From NCBI GenBank assembly GCA_964304625.1, contig OZ199838.1:7861466-7925465 (forward strand): a stretch of DNA of 64,000 nucleotides. Direction: 5' to 3'. Positions 39,301 to 54,300 of the stretch are shown here, one piece after another (within the stretch, counting starts at the first letter, position 1; every line of letters starts with the position of its first letter). Origin of the DNA: Kudoa neothunni (Eukaryota; Animalia; Cnidaria). Both the position numbers and the translations under genes were made by a program. The notes below the pieces were generated by a model that saw nothing but the letters and a program-made list of their open reading frames with translations, did not search any database and had not been told where the DNA came from.

Positions 39301-42300
39301 AACCAAAAATATATTATAATTAGATTAGAATACTCTATTTTGTGAAAAATTGGTTTAAGCATTTGTTTAAAAAATTTGAAATAATCAAATTTTACATTGA
39401 TGTAGGCATTACAAAAAAGATAAAACCACATTAGGGATTGGGTCTGTGAGAGGGTAAAGTTATGATAGTGGCTATTACCACGGATCCGTGTAATCCCCAC
39501 CTTCGGCACATGCTATTACCACGGGAATCAATCTCTCTGCAATTGTTATCTCTATTAAATAACTAATTTCACATTACTATTATTTATATTTTTCTCTACT
39601 AAATTATAGAATTAGGTAACAATTGAGAATATCTTTTTTACATATTTATATTGTTTATTTTATTGATCGCTTTCCATAATTAAATGAAAGATTTATTAAT
39701 CTTAATTTAATACATGATCAAAATTGTATTATATCATTTTCTGTCAATAATAAGATTAAAGTTAAAGAATTTTGTGTGATTTTGTAGGTCTGACATTACT
39801 CTTGAAGCGCGCGCCTTTACATGATATATTCAACCTCGTGTTATTTAATTTATTTCCAATCTTTACAATGTTTAAATTATATGATTTATTGTATTCTATT
39901 CATAAATTATGAACTTCAAGATAAAATATGCTCATTATATTTCACAGAAATGATGTGAATTTTCCGCGTTAGTTTTCAATATAGACAAGAAATTTGAGAA
40001 AACTAATCATAATTAGGTTATTTTTCAGAAATTAGATGAATATAACACGATGAACAATGGCTATCCTAGTCAAATAAATAATGAGAGATCTAAGAAAATT
40101 TAGTTTTTTTTTTGTATCCAATAGTGGTTAAAGCGTATCCCTTTGGTCTCCCAACAGACTTCACTCGAGAGGGAATTTTTAAGGCTAAAATAATTTAAAA
40201 CAAGAAAGGAATTGAAAGTACCGTCAAGCTCGATCATATTTAAAGTAGGTGCTAATTGATCTTTAGATAAAACAGTTTGGAGCTCGGGAGCATTTTCATT
40301 TGAAATATTATTAACAATAATATTCTCGATAATCTCCTCACCTTGCGGAACAATATTATTACCAACACCCTCAACAATTATTTGAGAATTAAAAATATTC
40401 TCAATAACATCTATTTTTTGTAAGTTAGATACGAGTAAAATAGTCAAGTTAAGCGTCGTATACCTCTTCCTTCAGAGATATCTTCATCTTCAGCTATAGC
40501 CTCAGAGTATTCAATGGTGCGATTTCCTAAAAATAAATCAAGAAAAATTAAGTTTTCTTAAAATACCTAATTGATTTATTTGTTTTATTAATTTGACGTC
40601 ATGGTTCTTGATTATTTTTTCTATTGTGTTGAATAGTGATAGGCAACTATCATAAAACTCCCCACAATATTCAGCGGACAAAGCTGCTAGCTTATTTGTG
40701 TAAATCACAGAATTTTTTAAACGTTTTCCATAAGAATTAAAAATTCCTTTTGGTTTTATTGTAATACTCTCTTTTGGTGTTATATTTATAGTTTCCATTT
40801 CCAAGAATCGGCTCATGTAATCTTTTGACCACCTAGGGTGGCATAAATTTGAATCGAACATTGGAAGCAGGTTAAACGCTCTCTTTTTAAAAATATGACT
40901 ACATGGAAGGAGATACGATCTGTAAATATAACAATTACATTTTATGGATGTAGTTAAACTATCTGTATTAGTGTTTTCGTCAAAATTTTGAATTTGTTTA
41001 TGGATTATATTGAAGGCAAATGGATTTAAATGATTAAAATACGCGCTTAGAACCTCATTTGAGATATCAAAATTAACTGGGTTCAGTAATATTTTGGTTA
41101 TATTGTATTTCCTTTCTATTCTCATTGATTTGAGAGCGTCAAAGAAATAACGGAAAAAATCATTAAGATTTGAAAATTTCTTTATTGTTTGTTTTAATTG
41201 ACCATTAATGGCTTCTAATCTATTATTGGTCAAGTTTTCATAGAAATGATGTGTTTCACTTAATCCTATGACCCATTCATCAGCGATTGGTTCCCAATTG
41301 GATTTAAAATAGTTAATAAACTTATCGTTGCTTTGTTGAAAAAGGTTATTGCATAATTTATCGAATTCATGTTTATTTTTCGAATAGATAATTTTATTAA
41401 GAGTTTCAAGCAATTGGTCCCTTTTCTCTCGTGTGATACCGTATTTCAACATAGTTATTTCACGTCTGAAACTTTGAGAAACATGAAATATACAGATCAT
41501 TAGATTAGAGTTAGGAAATAGTTCTTTCAAACATTTCCTTAGAGTGTGGTGCTTGTCAGTAATGCTCGTTCGGACATTTTGAGTCATGTTCGGCATCATT
41601 TTTATTAGTTGGGAAATATACCATTTAATTGACTCCGCCGTTTCATCGTACAAGATGCAGCCGCTAGTTATGTGGGTTTCACCAACCGAGTCTTCTGCAA
41701 CAGACAGATACAATGGCGCACTAATGAACTAATAAAACAACGAAATAGAGAAAACCTCCTAAGATTACCGTGAGTCTAGCAGTTTATAGGTTGCATCAAG
41801 CATGAGTAACTCTGGAAAGAAATTAATTGTGTTGAGCATCTGTTTATCCATAAAAAAGATTCCACAAACATTTTTATTATCATCTGATAAAACGCTCACC
41901 ATGCAGTTGTATTGATTCTTTAAAATTTCTAAAACTAAAGTAATGTCATCAGTTCCGACTTAAGAGGATTTTTTAATGTTGTGGATAGCTTTCAAAGGTA
42001 TATTCTTGCCTGTCTCGTCATTTATTTTGGCTTGTATGAGCTTTTTATTTGCTCCGAGAGAAAGAAGCTCTGACAAATAGCCGTCACATCGATTTAATTT
42101 CCTCTGACTGGGTAAGTTTTCATAGATCCATGGATCATTTGGATGGTTATGGGCAGTGTTAGAAGATCTAATCTCCAGGAAATTTCCATCTACACTTACT
42201 CTTAATGTAACTTTAAATGGGCAATCTCTCTTAAGGGAATTTTTCTTGCGTTCGCCTTTACCTCTATTTCGGTAATGGGCTCCAAAGTAACATACGTAAG

Positions 42301-45300
42301 TTATTTCGTAATACACTAGCGTGTCTTTAATATTTCGATTAACCCGGTTTTGCACTGAATCAATTCTTCTTGAATCTCGAATCTTTAAATTCACAAAATG
42401 ACTTTTCTCATACTCTTGAATATAAGATTTTAAACTTTCAAAAGTTTCAAATTTCATTCCAACATGAAAATTGTCTGAATTCGAATCACTCATTGTAGTT
42501 CAACCAAACTCGTGAAACACGTGGAGTTATGTTCACACTGCATGGCTCAAAGCAATAATTTAGAAATGATTAATATTTATAATTAATTCAACGTTAATAT
42601 TGTTTTAGTCTATTAAATTCGCTAACATTTATGTTTCTGACCGTCTATTTTACGTAAATTTACAACCATCTCAAATTTCTTTATTTTTCATAATTTAGTA
42701 GAGAAAAATATAAATAATAGTAATGTGAAATTAGTTATTTAATAGAGATAACAATTGCAGAGAGATTGATTCCCGTGGTAATAGCCACTGCCTAAAGTTA
42801 TTTGATTTTTCATTTATTTGATTAAAAGCAGATATTCAAACAAAATAAAATATTTCATAAAATATCCTTCACAAGCTAAAGAAAAAATGTTATCCTTAAA
42901 TTGTTTCAAATTTTGAAGTATCTGTATCTGAAGTTTTACAAACAAAAAAAGGTCAGTATCCTCTCAGATTAGTGCTCTTAACGCTTACAGGCATATTTAA
43001 TTTTTTTACATATGAATTTTTGTTCATAATACACTATAAGCCTCGCTGAACTCATTTATCTTGGAATTATGTTGTCTTCTATTATAGGGATTCTAAACCG
43101 GGGATAAATTTTAAATGTGAGGGGGTAAATTAAGCGACATTAAAATTAGATAGTAGATAGGGGAAATTTTTGCAAAATGCGGTTCGTGACTTATTTAATG
43201 ATGTCTAAGGAATTATATTGTTTAGAGTAATTAAACTCAATAAATTGTCAGAAATGTTTAAAAAATTTGTTTAGGAATAATTATTTAAAAACTATTTATA
43301 TAGATGTTATTTATCTCTTTCTTTTATGTCTCATTTATTTTTTAGAGATGTAGCCTAATAATAATAATACTTAAAGCGGCTATTTCCATAGTAAATAATC
43401 ACGTGCCACTAATTTTGATCATTTTTAATTATTTCGGGCCTCTAAGAGAGCGCAGGAAACGTTAGAAAATAATTAAATTTAGCAGAATCTGATACAATCA
43501 ATTTTTAGACAGCTTGTTAGTAAAAGTTACTGGGATTAAAAATTGTCATTACGTGGGCGTACATACCTTTTAGGATTAGAATTTATCGTGAAAATACCTT
43601 CGGCCTTATCTAAATCAGTAAAAAACCTTAAAGCAGATGTGAATTTGGTTTCCGAGTTAAGAGAGTAAAATTGGATTTTTCATCAAATCGGGGAGGTGGG
43701 AAATTTGAAAAAACCGTTGAGAATACCTGCTCTAGTAGATTACGCAACAGTTTTATGCGAGAACTATTAGGTCAGTGATATTTCGTGTCATAATTTAATA
43801 AACATGTCAACCCGATCATAGTCAATAAATTTGGTATAAAAATAGTGAGTATCAAACTATAGAATATTAATTAAAAATTAATGAATTTTCGACTTAAGTA
43901 GTTAAATATGTAATTTTTTCGCTTAAATATATTTTAAATGCATAACATATTAAGAATATAGATAATATTGGGCATTCGTCTTATTAATCACTTCATTAGA
44001 TAACCAAATTGGGAACTTAACTATAGCGCAAGAATATGAGGTTGAAAATGAAAAACTTTTGGAATTTTTTTAAGTAAACTAAGGTTTGAAAATTTGAGTT
44101 GATTTGTGATGCATTTTCAACTTTAACCTTCCGAGCGTTTCCAAAACTGACTATACATTTACAGTCATGCCTCGGTATTGCGTGGTAAATTGGGACCGCC
44201 AACATACTACACACAATACAGAATTGATACGTAGTATCGAGTTTCACGCAAGCGCATTGTGCAAAAAATCGATTGAACCATTTATTGGCTCCTTTTTAAA
44301 CATAAATTCATTTATATAATGAAAGTAAGGTTTTTCTACTTTTCATTTTATCTTTAGAGAAAGTGCCTATCATTTTAACCTGCGGCTCCTTCTTTTATAT
44401 AACTGATTTTCGATCCATAACAGGATGCAAATCATATAGACCTTCCGGATCTTGGTTTTAATAGGCTTTTCTAAGAGTTCTTAAGGTGTCCTTAATTTCC
44501 GATGTTGACAGTTTGACGACTAATTGTTCCTTTTGACACTTATCATCAGAGATACTGGCGCATGACCCGCTATTAAATTAGACTACCAACAAGGTCTCCC
44601 CTTCATTCACGTTTTTGTTTGTTAGAAATGTTGTAGCTGGAAAGTTTTTGTTCTTTCTAAAAGATTCTACTGAGGATTGAATGTCCTTTATATTTAAAAC
44701 TAGCGCAAAACCCCCGATTCGCGAAGACTTCCTTGCCTAGCCAAGTAGACTAACACCTGGCGCAGACTAAAGCCTCTTTGATTTTTAAGTAAATAGCGCT
44801 AATGCCCAGTTTTGACTGGTACAGTGTGATGGAAAATTTTAACTTTAATTTTACTTCTGAATGGAGAAATTTTACGGCAAAGTTAATCTAATTAGCATTT
44901 TAAACCCTGTAAATTTTATTTTTCTATTTTAATTTGTGCATTTTAAAGCTTATTTTTGCAATGTGATGATTTAGATAAACGAAATTATGCGCACACTTTC
45001 CATTCAAATATAAATAGAGGTATGCAGAGAAATTAATGGGTAATTTTAAGTTTATTTTACAAATTATTGACTAAAACTATGGTGACCTTAATTTTAAGAG
45101 AAATGTAATTAGCGATTAAAGTTCAGTTATTTATGAAACAACATCGTTGAGCAACTTAAATAGGACTTTCAGTTCTTTTCCAAATTTTGCGATAAAAATT
45201 AATCCTTCTAGTTATAAAATTTATTATTAGTCTACAAACAATAAAAAAAATAAAATCAACCTAAGATGGCGACGAAATATAAATATTAATTGTTACTCCT

Positions 45301-48300
45301 TTTTTCGCAATTTTATAATGATGCCAATGATTTTTTAAAAGCTGTGAGCGGTAACTTACGTATTCACTATTGTAACAAAATTTCCCGATTTATAAATAAG
45401 TCCAACCTTGCTTTTTATCAAAATTCTTACTGGTTCAAAAATATACACATTTAATTAACAAAATACGATTAAATCAAAAATGTAAAGGTGTTTTTGGTTT
45501 GAAAAATTACAGTGATGCTTAAACATCAACTGGTTTTCTTGGAGGAATGCACCCCCTTTTAAAATTAACGTACTGTTTGATTTCCCTAAAAAATTACTTC
45601 GTATTGAACTATTCTTAGATTAACGAAAACTTTGTGAAAATATCGGTTAGATCGAATAGACAATAATTTATTATTAACTTACATGACACGTATTGAGAGG
45701 GGATTGTATTTTATGCAAAAGTAATCATGAATATAAATTCTTAAACTACGCATAGAATGTGGTGTCGCTTATTTTTATGCAGCTTTTATATCATAATGAA
45801 TTAATGCGAGCCTAAACAAAACAGTATATTGATTTGAATATTAACCTTAAGGTCTGGGTTAAGGAATAATTAGGTTACTATGAACTTAAACATTATTTAA
45901 AAAATTGTCTCATCGAATTTAGAAACTTATCGAATTAGTGATGCTAACCATTTTTCAAAAAAGTTTAGGAAAACAAAATAATGAGCAAAAACTTATCGAA
46001 AAGACGAGTATAATTTCAATCTCAATCGATATCCTTTATATATATAAAAGAGGACTGTCGGTATGTTTGTGTGTGTGCCCCTAAGTACGCATGTGCGGAC
46101 AATTTTTTCCGTATAGAGAGCCATATATAAAATTTTTATAAATTTGTAATATTTAAAAAAATCGTTTAATTGTTTTCGGACTACGAAAGTTTCCACAAAG
46201 TATTTATGAAATAGTGATTTTGTCGATTTAAAGTTTGTTTTTCGGATTAAATGAGTTCAACTATAGGATTAGCACTTGCTTATTTCATGGTTATGGTCGG
46301 TTGAAGTTAACTACCTCCTTTATATGCTCCATCATATGTTCATTAACTGCTTCTATCTATCTATCTATCTATATTTATATATAAGGTTGGCGTTTCTATT
46401 TGGGTGTCTGTTTAAACACACTCCTTATTTGCGGAGTTTTAAAGTATATGACTTGATAAGTATATTTTATAAGTTCTATTAATGGTTTTCAACGTGGTAA
46501 AAAATCTATCTATGTTTCATAAATAACGACTTCGTGGAGAGCGTTAAAGTTACATTGATTGAAGCGTTATAATGGAAATACTGCGTTCATAGGTTTCATT
46601 AAATTGTCCGCTAAGTTTTACTTTACGTGATTAAGTTCAATACAGATGTTTGTACTTTTATTTCACCAAATTATTTAAATTGTTTATGATGAAATCGACG
46701 CAATTTGTGGCTGTTTATGATAAAAGCGCATGTATGTTTATGCCGAGCTAAACGATGCTAATTTTAGCAATATCGATTAATTTTCATAAGTTTTCTTCTA
46801 TCTCTTTTATCTCTTAAAAAGTTAGTGGTGCACCCAGTTACCGAGCCAGGCCAGAATTCGACTTTTAAAAATCCTCCGGGCAAAAAAATAACGTTTTAGA
46901 TAACACTTTAAAGGGATTTAAATAATTCGATAATGTAAAAAAATACGACACTGACAATAGATTATTTGACGTTGGTGCCGGGCCACGAAATTTTTAAATG
47001 GACGCAGGGATTGATACTTTCCTACACAGAAATGATCACAATTTAAATTTCGCTAATCCAAATCGCTGATATGTCACTTAAAAATTTTTAGTTATTTTTC
47101 ATCTAGGGATTAATTGAAACTTCAATATATTTGTTGAATATTATTAAGAAACGTATCTATGCGAAATCTTCCCCAAACAACGCCGGGCAGTTCCCGCTAG
47201 TTAAAAATATCAAATGTATAATCGCGCATACGTACGCCATAGATATTGCGTAAATTTTTCCTAATACCAAAAAGTTACCACGCATTATCGAGACCCGAGA
47301 CCTTATTGTAATTTATAATTAACTTTAACTTGGAATTTTATTTTAAATGTAACATCCCTTACTAAAATCGGATCATTTAAATTTTGGGGGTTATAATCAT
47401 CAACATTAACCTTTTATAATGTCAAATAGATATTCACAGGATCCAATATTGAGGAAATTGCAAATAAATACACTACTTCAAATGTGTCATCAAGGGTGTA
47501 CATAATGATTTTCTTATTTCTTATTGTTTTATTATCATGTAAAAGTGTGGAATGCTAGATATTAGCTAATTCGTTATAGATGTTTGGTCCTTTGTTTTGC
47601 TCGCTGTTTTTTACAACTTACTCAAAGAATACCTCAAGGACGACCAAATAAACATTTTTGAAATTGATAATATTGTTGATACTCCATCAAATGAACCGTC
47701 CCTTAATAAACACTTAAAAATTCCTCAAAGTATTCGTATAAATTAAACAATAATTGTTCTATTTAATTCAAGAAATAATAAATTGGATATCAGAAACTTA
47801 CACTCGCTGGAACACAAATAATCTAATGCAACTAGAAACATTTTATATTGGACACAGATCATTATTCCTGTTTGGCCAAAAGAATAGGTAAATTAATTTG
47901 ATCGAATTTAATGTAAATTTTTGATAGAATAAAAAAGTTTCTAATAAAAATTTTATTACGCACTCCATATGAAGAATTTATGCAAGCAATTATATTTCTG
48001 AAAACTGTTTTTATTATGATAAAAACCGATATGACCACTTCACCCAGTAATGCATCGTATATTAACGTAACTACAATTTATAATTATTAAGTTAATTCTG
48101 TTTTCAAGGTATTCTTTTTCGCCGAATATCTATTTTTATTCTTTTTTCTCCTGGAAGCTTTAATTAAGGTATTCATTATTCACCAAAATAATTCATAAAT
48201 ATCAAGAATGATATGTAAACGCTTAATCTATCCTGTCCTTCAAAGTCATATTAATCCAAGTGTCAACATATTTAGATTTATTCGACTAATCTTTGGTTCT

Positions 48301-51300
48301 GCTATTTGTTAATATTTTGTTAAGAGAAATACAGTCGTGTCTCGGTATTGCGTGGTTCAATACAGCGTGTTTTCCCATTTCCCATTAATATTTATTTCTG
48401 AAAATCCAAGAAACTCGGTAAAACTACATCTTCAGTTGTAATAAGTCTCGTATAAGCCATTAATTTCATTTTAAAGTTAAGATCATCAAAAATAGATGGT
48501 TTCTTTATTGCGTGGCTTCCTCCAGGAAATAATCCGCATAATCCGCCTATTGATTATTGATGCGCCAGAAAATTCAAAATGGATAGGTGTCAACCATATA
48601 TAAATGAAAAAAATAATAATTATTCAATGTTACAAGCCTCTTTATTTAATTAATACAACGAGCAAAATCTATGACCATTAAGAGTTTAATTTGCCAAGTA
48701 GTTAATATTGTCCGATTTATATTGAGTCCAATTAGTTTATCCATCTCTCGATGGGATATTTTCAAAGGAGGCGGTACAATTAATTCTAATATTTTCTCTG
48801 ATTGTATAAGAATTAAAGTATGGAAAATATAGCTGGTTAGAAATCTGCTTTTACAACTGGATTGTGCCCCAGCTAGAGAAGAAAAATATTTCTGGGGTTC
48901 TAATCAACAAATAAGCTGAGAACAGTAGCTACAAGTCTAAAAATTTATGACGTATAGTTCAGTAAAGGTTTTTTTCAAATTTCAAGATTAATTACTGTTT
49001 GGAAAACATTATATTGCATGGTGAGGTTGGAAATACCGATACAAATAGCGTATATGAATGGATCTAAAAGGTTTCTGAAGATTTTCAGAGGCAAAAACTT
49101 GTAGAAATTATTAATTTAGACAAGACTGCTCTCATCTACGAACAGTTGTTACAATGAACATTTACCACTAAAAAATGAAATCGGTTTGAAAGCGATGAAG
49201 TTCTCGAAAACGAGAGTCACCTTGGTAATTGCTTATTTCAAAAGGCGACAAATTCCTTCTATAGGCCATAGGAACATTGAAAAAGCCACCTTATTTTTGC
49301 GGTATCAATAACCTCCCAGTGAAATATCTATTCCAAAAAACGGCTAGACATCAGCAGCTTTATTCTTTTAAATTGTTAAAAACATTGATAAGCAGTTTAA
49401 CGAATAAAAAAAGTTTTTCTTATTCTTGATCCTTGATCAATGTAAATCTCACCCTCAATTAATAAATCAATGTAATTACATCGAAATGAGCTTTCTTCCA
49501 AAGTATACTAATGTAATCAAATCAATAGATTTTGTGATCATCCATTATTTGAAGTTTAACTGTAGAAAATCATTCGTTAGTCAGTTTATTTGTCAATGAT
49601 TCTACGAAAATTTTCAAATATACTATCTTGGAGTGTCTTCGTATTTTGTAGGCTGCGTGGAAAATGGTGACGAGCTCAACCTCAACTTTTGAAATTTTCT
49701 CGAGCAATGTCCGATATTCAGAAATCGTGCGATTAATTTAAGGAAACATTTTTAAACATCAATTATGACAAATTTAACGTAAATATTAGTCATACCGAAA
49801 AAGAAACAATTGATGGTATGTAATACAATTGGTACACATTAATCTATTGCTACATAACGCGAATGAGGTTGTTGAATTGAAGCACGTTAAAGTTATACTC
49901 AAAGAAATGCATAGTAAACCTGATACAAATGTCCCAGGATCAACAAAATGCAACGATGATCTCGATTTCTATTAAGAAAATCAAATAATTACGATATCTG
50001 ACCTAAAAATAGTCATAAATATTATTGGATAATCATTTATATTTAAAAGTCCACCTTCATCATTTCACAACCATCCAATATGGATGCCCTATATAAAATT
50101 ATACGGCCTGGAACAAAGTTAACGAAAAATCGACTATTTCTCCAATATACAAATATAGTAATGCGCACGCTCGACCCCTAGATATTGCGTGGTAAATTGC
50201 TATTCCCAAAAAAACCTCGTATATCTAGACCAGCGCTTCCCGATTCGTTTAAGACTTCGGACCCCCACAGTTAATAAATCTAGCTCCGGACCCCCCCCCC
50301 CCCATTAAATTAGAAATTTGAAAACAGATCTACCTTTAGTAGAAAATGAAGTTAGTTAAATTTGAACATAAGTTTTCCAAAAATTATACAAAAACAAAAA
50401 AATATAATAACTATAGTTCAAAAAATCAATTAATTCGGCGTTTGACTCTTTTCTTGTCTTTTTTTTTTGAAACAATAACATCAAAGCGAGGCTCTTTGTT
50501 GGATAATGATAAACACATATCATTTTCGAGAGTGAGTGAATTTCGATATTTATTTTTTATATACAGAAGTGTGGAAAATCCAGCTTCACAAAGCCAAGTT
50601 GTTGAGAATTGAACCAATATTTGAAGAGCTATTTTGGAAAGGGTAGGATATTGAATTAAAGTTCCGCACCAAAAATGTTCGAGCGAACCAGAATCAAATA
50701 ACAATTTCATGGAATGGCATTCTCGCAAATCGATCAGATTTTCTTTTTCTTCGTCATTATCACTCATTTTGTCTAATTTGAATGCAAACGGGTTAATGAT
50801 CCAACTCTCTGACTCCTGTATTTCTCCAGGGTGAAGTAATCATCAAATGAATTTCTCAATCGATCCGAATTCTCGCATATATATTTTTTGAAATCCTCAA
50901 AAACAGTGCTCGTATCATTCAAAACGATTTCTTCTAGAGAAGGAAAATTCGCCAAGTTTTGACAATCGATTCTGGATCTCCATAACATCAATTTTTCCCT
51001 AAAAGAGCACAGTCTATCACGGACGACTATAACATTTATCCCTCTTTCTTGAATAGAGCAATTTAGATCATTGATATGACTAAAAATATTTGCCAAGTAG
51101 GCTAGAATGAATAGATGAGAAATTGGGAATTTCAAAAGTACGCGCAAGATCAGATTTTTGTTCGAATAGAAAGTTCTGAATTTTGTTTCGAAGTTCGAAA
51201 AATCTAGCTAAAGCTTTGCCTCGTGAAAGCCACCTGACTTCGGTATAGTACAGAAGTGCAGATGCTTCTTCACCCGAGTCACTGCAAAATGCCTTGAAGA

Positions 51301-54300
51301 GTCTGTGGTTTAGAGCTCTGCCTTTGATAAAATTTACAATTTTTATGCAAGAGTTCATAACGTTTCTCAAAGTTTCTGGCATCGTTTTTGATGTGAGAGC
51401 TTGTCGATGAAGGATACAATGGGTAATAGTAACGTCGGGAATTCGGTTTCGCATTAGAGTAGCAAAACTGGATCGTTTTCCAAGCATGACCGGAGCACCG
51501 TCTGTACAAATAGATCCAATAAGCTGGAAAGGTATGTTGTTTCTATCAAAAAAGTTATGGACCATGTCGTAAATATCCTTCGCAGTGGTAGTTTTTGTTA
51601 AAGGTTACAAAAGAGAAACTCTTCCACGATAACTTTTGATGTAACATAGCGGACGAAAGAAATTAGTTGGCTACAATTGCCACGTCGGTTGACTTGTCCA
51701 GCTGGATGGAGATTTTTATAGGTGAAGCTTTCACATCTTAAAGAACTTGATCGAGTACGTCCGCACTCATATCATCAATTCTATTTCGAATAATATTGTT
51801 TGAGAGTGGAATCATTTGAAGCTTTTTAGCGGCATTTGGGCCCAAAATAATTTGTGCCGATTCCAAAATACAGGGTTTAGTAAGAGTTTCAGCAATGGTG
51901 TGTGGCTTTTTCTTCGCAATTTTATATGACGCCAAAAGAAATGGTTTACAAAGGGGAGCAAAACCTAACGTTGGAGGAGTCATTCTTGAATCGAATTTTA
52001 TCCTTTTAGTGGTCAAAGATTGATTATCATTCCCTGCTCTTGATGTTCCACCATGCTTAATTGTAAAATGTTCATGTAGTTTTGATGGTTTCAAACTTGA
52101 ATTGGAAAATAATATATCGCATAGAATACATTGGGTTCTGTCAATTCCATCAATTACTCTTTTGGTAAAACCATACTGGGTGTATTCTTCATTCCATTTC
52201 CTAATTTTCTTATGATTTACCATGTTGAAACGAAGGCTAGGATTAAATCAAACGAAAAAGAGGGTGAAATTAGGTTCGCGTGACTTATCTAAGATTTCTC
52301 GAAATATTTTATAGTTACAAACTATTTAAAACTAATAATTTAATTATCATATCCAACAAGAGATTTAAGTATTTCTATTATTAGCATCTGTCTACATCAA
52401 ATTAAATTATAATTAATTGTCATATTTTTATAGAATATATGTATATATAATATTGAACTAAAGTTAAATCTAAAAAGTAAGATAATTTCGCGAGAATATA
52501 AGATCACTAAAAACATAGTTATGATTAAAGGTTGATCCGAATGTCGCCGATTCGGATTCACATACATTACAAAAGATGTTCGTAGCGAAACTATTACACT
52601 CGGCATCATTTTTTTAAATAAAATAACAATAAATATAATTTTCCATCAATAAATTATTAGGAACTGCGTTTATAATATACCATACTGTTACAATATTCAA
52701 AACCCTGTTACAATGCTAGGATATACATTTTTTTTCTTTGACTCAGTTATGGACCCCGGACCCCCAATCGGGAAGCGCTGATCTAGACCTTGCCGTAGTA
52801 TATAATATCGATTCCATGCGTGCGCACGCATGGAATCGATTGAACCATTTATTGGCTCCTTTTTAAACATAAATTCATTTATATAATGAAAGTAAGGTTT
52901 TTCTACTTTTCATTTTATCTTTAGAGAAAGTGCCTATCATTTTAACCTGCGGCTCATTCTTTTATATAACTGATTTTCGATCCATAACAGGATTAAAATC
53001 ATATAGACCTTCCGGATCTTGGTTTTAATAGACTTTTCTAAGAGTTCTTAAGGTATCCTTAATTTTAGATGTTGACAGTTTGACGATTAATTGTTCCTTT
53101 TGACACTTATCATCAGAGATACTGGCGCATGACCCGCTATTAAATTAGACTACCAACAAGGTCTCCCCTTCATTCACGTTTTTGTTTGTTAGAAATGTTG
53201 TAGCTGGAAAGTTTTTGTTCTTTCTAAAAGATTCTACTGAGGATTGAATGTCCTTTATATTTAAAATGTACTTTTTACCAAGACAATTATTCTATTACTA
53301 AGATCAAATTTCTAAGCGGTTCATTTTTAAACTCCCAATAGACTTAATTGAATTATTACAACTGATAATTTTAAATCTCTCATCAAAATCCCTTTGTATC
53401 CTTGGCATGGTCAAATTTACTACACAATGTGGTATCAAACGGGGTTCCCGGACCTTAGGATTGTTACGCAATACAAAATTACTTCGAAATACTGAGCAAT
53501 TTCATATTGATTTGTTTATTCATAGATATTTTTAAACATATTTTACGAGATAATAATGTAATTATTACTTGGCAGTATCCAAATTTACAAACAATTAAAG
53601 AATTAACGAGATATTAGGCTACTACGCAATATCGAGGCACGACTGTATTCTCCTAAATTATTTAAATCATATTTTTACGTTTAATGTTAATAGATTCCAA
53701 TGGGTCGATTTATCACTGATTTTATTCTAAAAAGAAATAAATCGTCGAGTTTGAATGTTTTAAATATTAACATGTTAATTGATATTCTATTATAAATTTT
53801 TTATATATTTGATTAAAATAAAGAATACTTGTCCAGTTGAGTAGCCAGATGAATATTACATAATATGCAACATACGATCACTCAATTTCAATATATGATT
53901 CCAATTTAAAACAATAAATTTGCATTATTTAACAAATATTTCCATCTTGATCCTTGATGTTGGCACATTTTAATATTTTCATGTATAATTTACTTTTTGA
54001 TGAATTATTTGAATTTATATTTTTTAGTTAATATTTATATAATCGTAAACCATGAATAATTTCTAAATATTCGTAGATAATATCGTTTGGTTTGGTTTTA
54101 TCCCCACGGTCTTACCTCAGAAATGTGATGAACGCACTAGAATTAACCCTAGTGATGTTAGAAGCTGCTTTTACAATTACATTAAGGTATATTCCTACTA
54201 ATTTTTGCCTAAATCTTTTTAAGTATTCTCAAATACAACGTGCTTTCAAACGCACTTTATTATTTGGAAATTTTCCATGCCATCAGATATTTGAAATTCT

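Larger units (their letters stand above)
44162..47308. mobile_element. pogo-derived element disrupted by nested Helitrons
   Basis: TA|CAGTCATGCCTCGGTATTGCGTGG at 44162 and a degenerate inverted end CCACGCATTATCGAG...TTG|TA at 47308. Segment 44267-44699 is duplicated at 52834-53266. Confidence 0.65.

Noticed and set aside
16628-41962. Stop-codon reassignment suggested by isolated in-frame TAA in gag and MULE
   Set aside because: The ~1485-codon channel and 1084-codon pol have no internal TAA, and both end at TAA at sensible positions.
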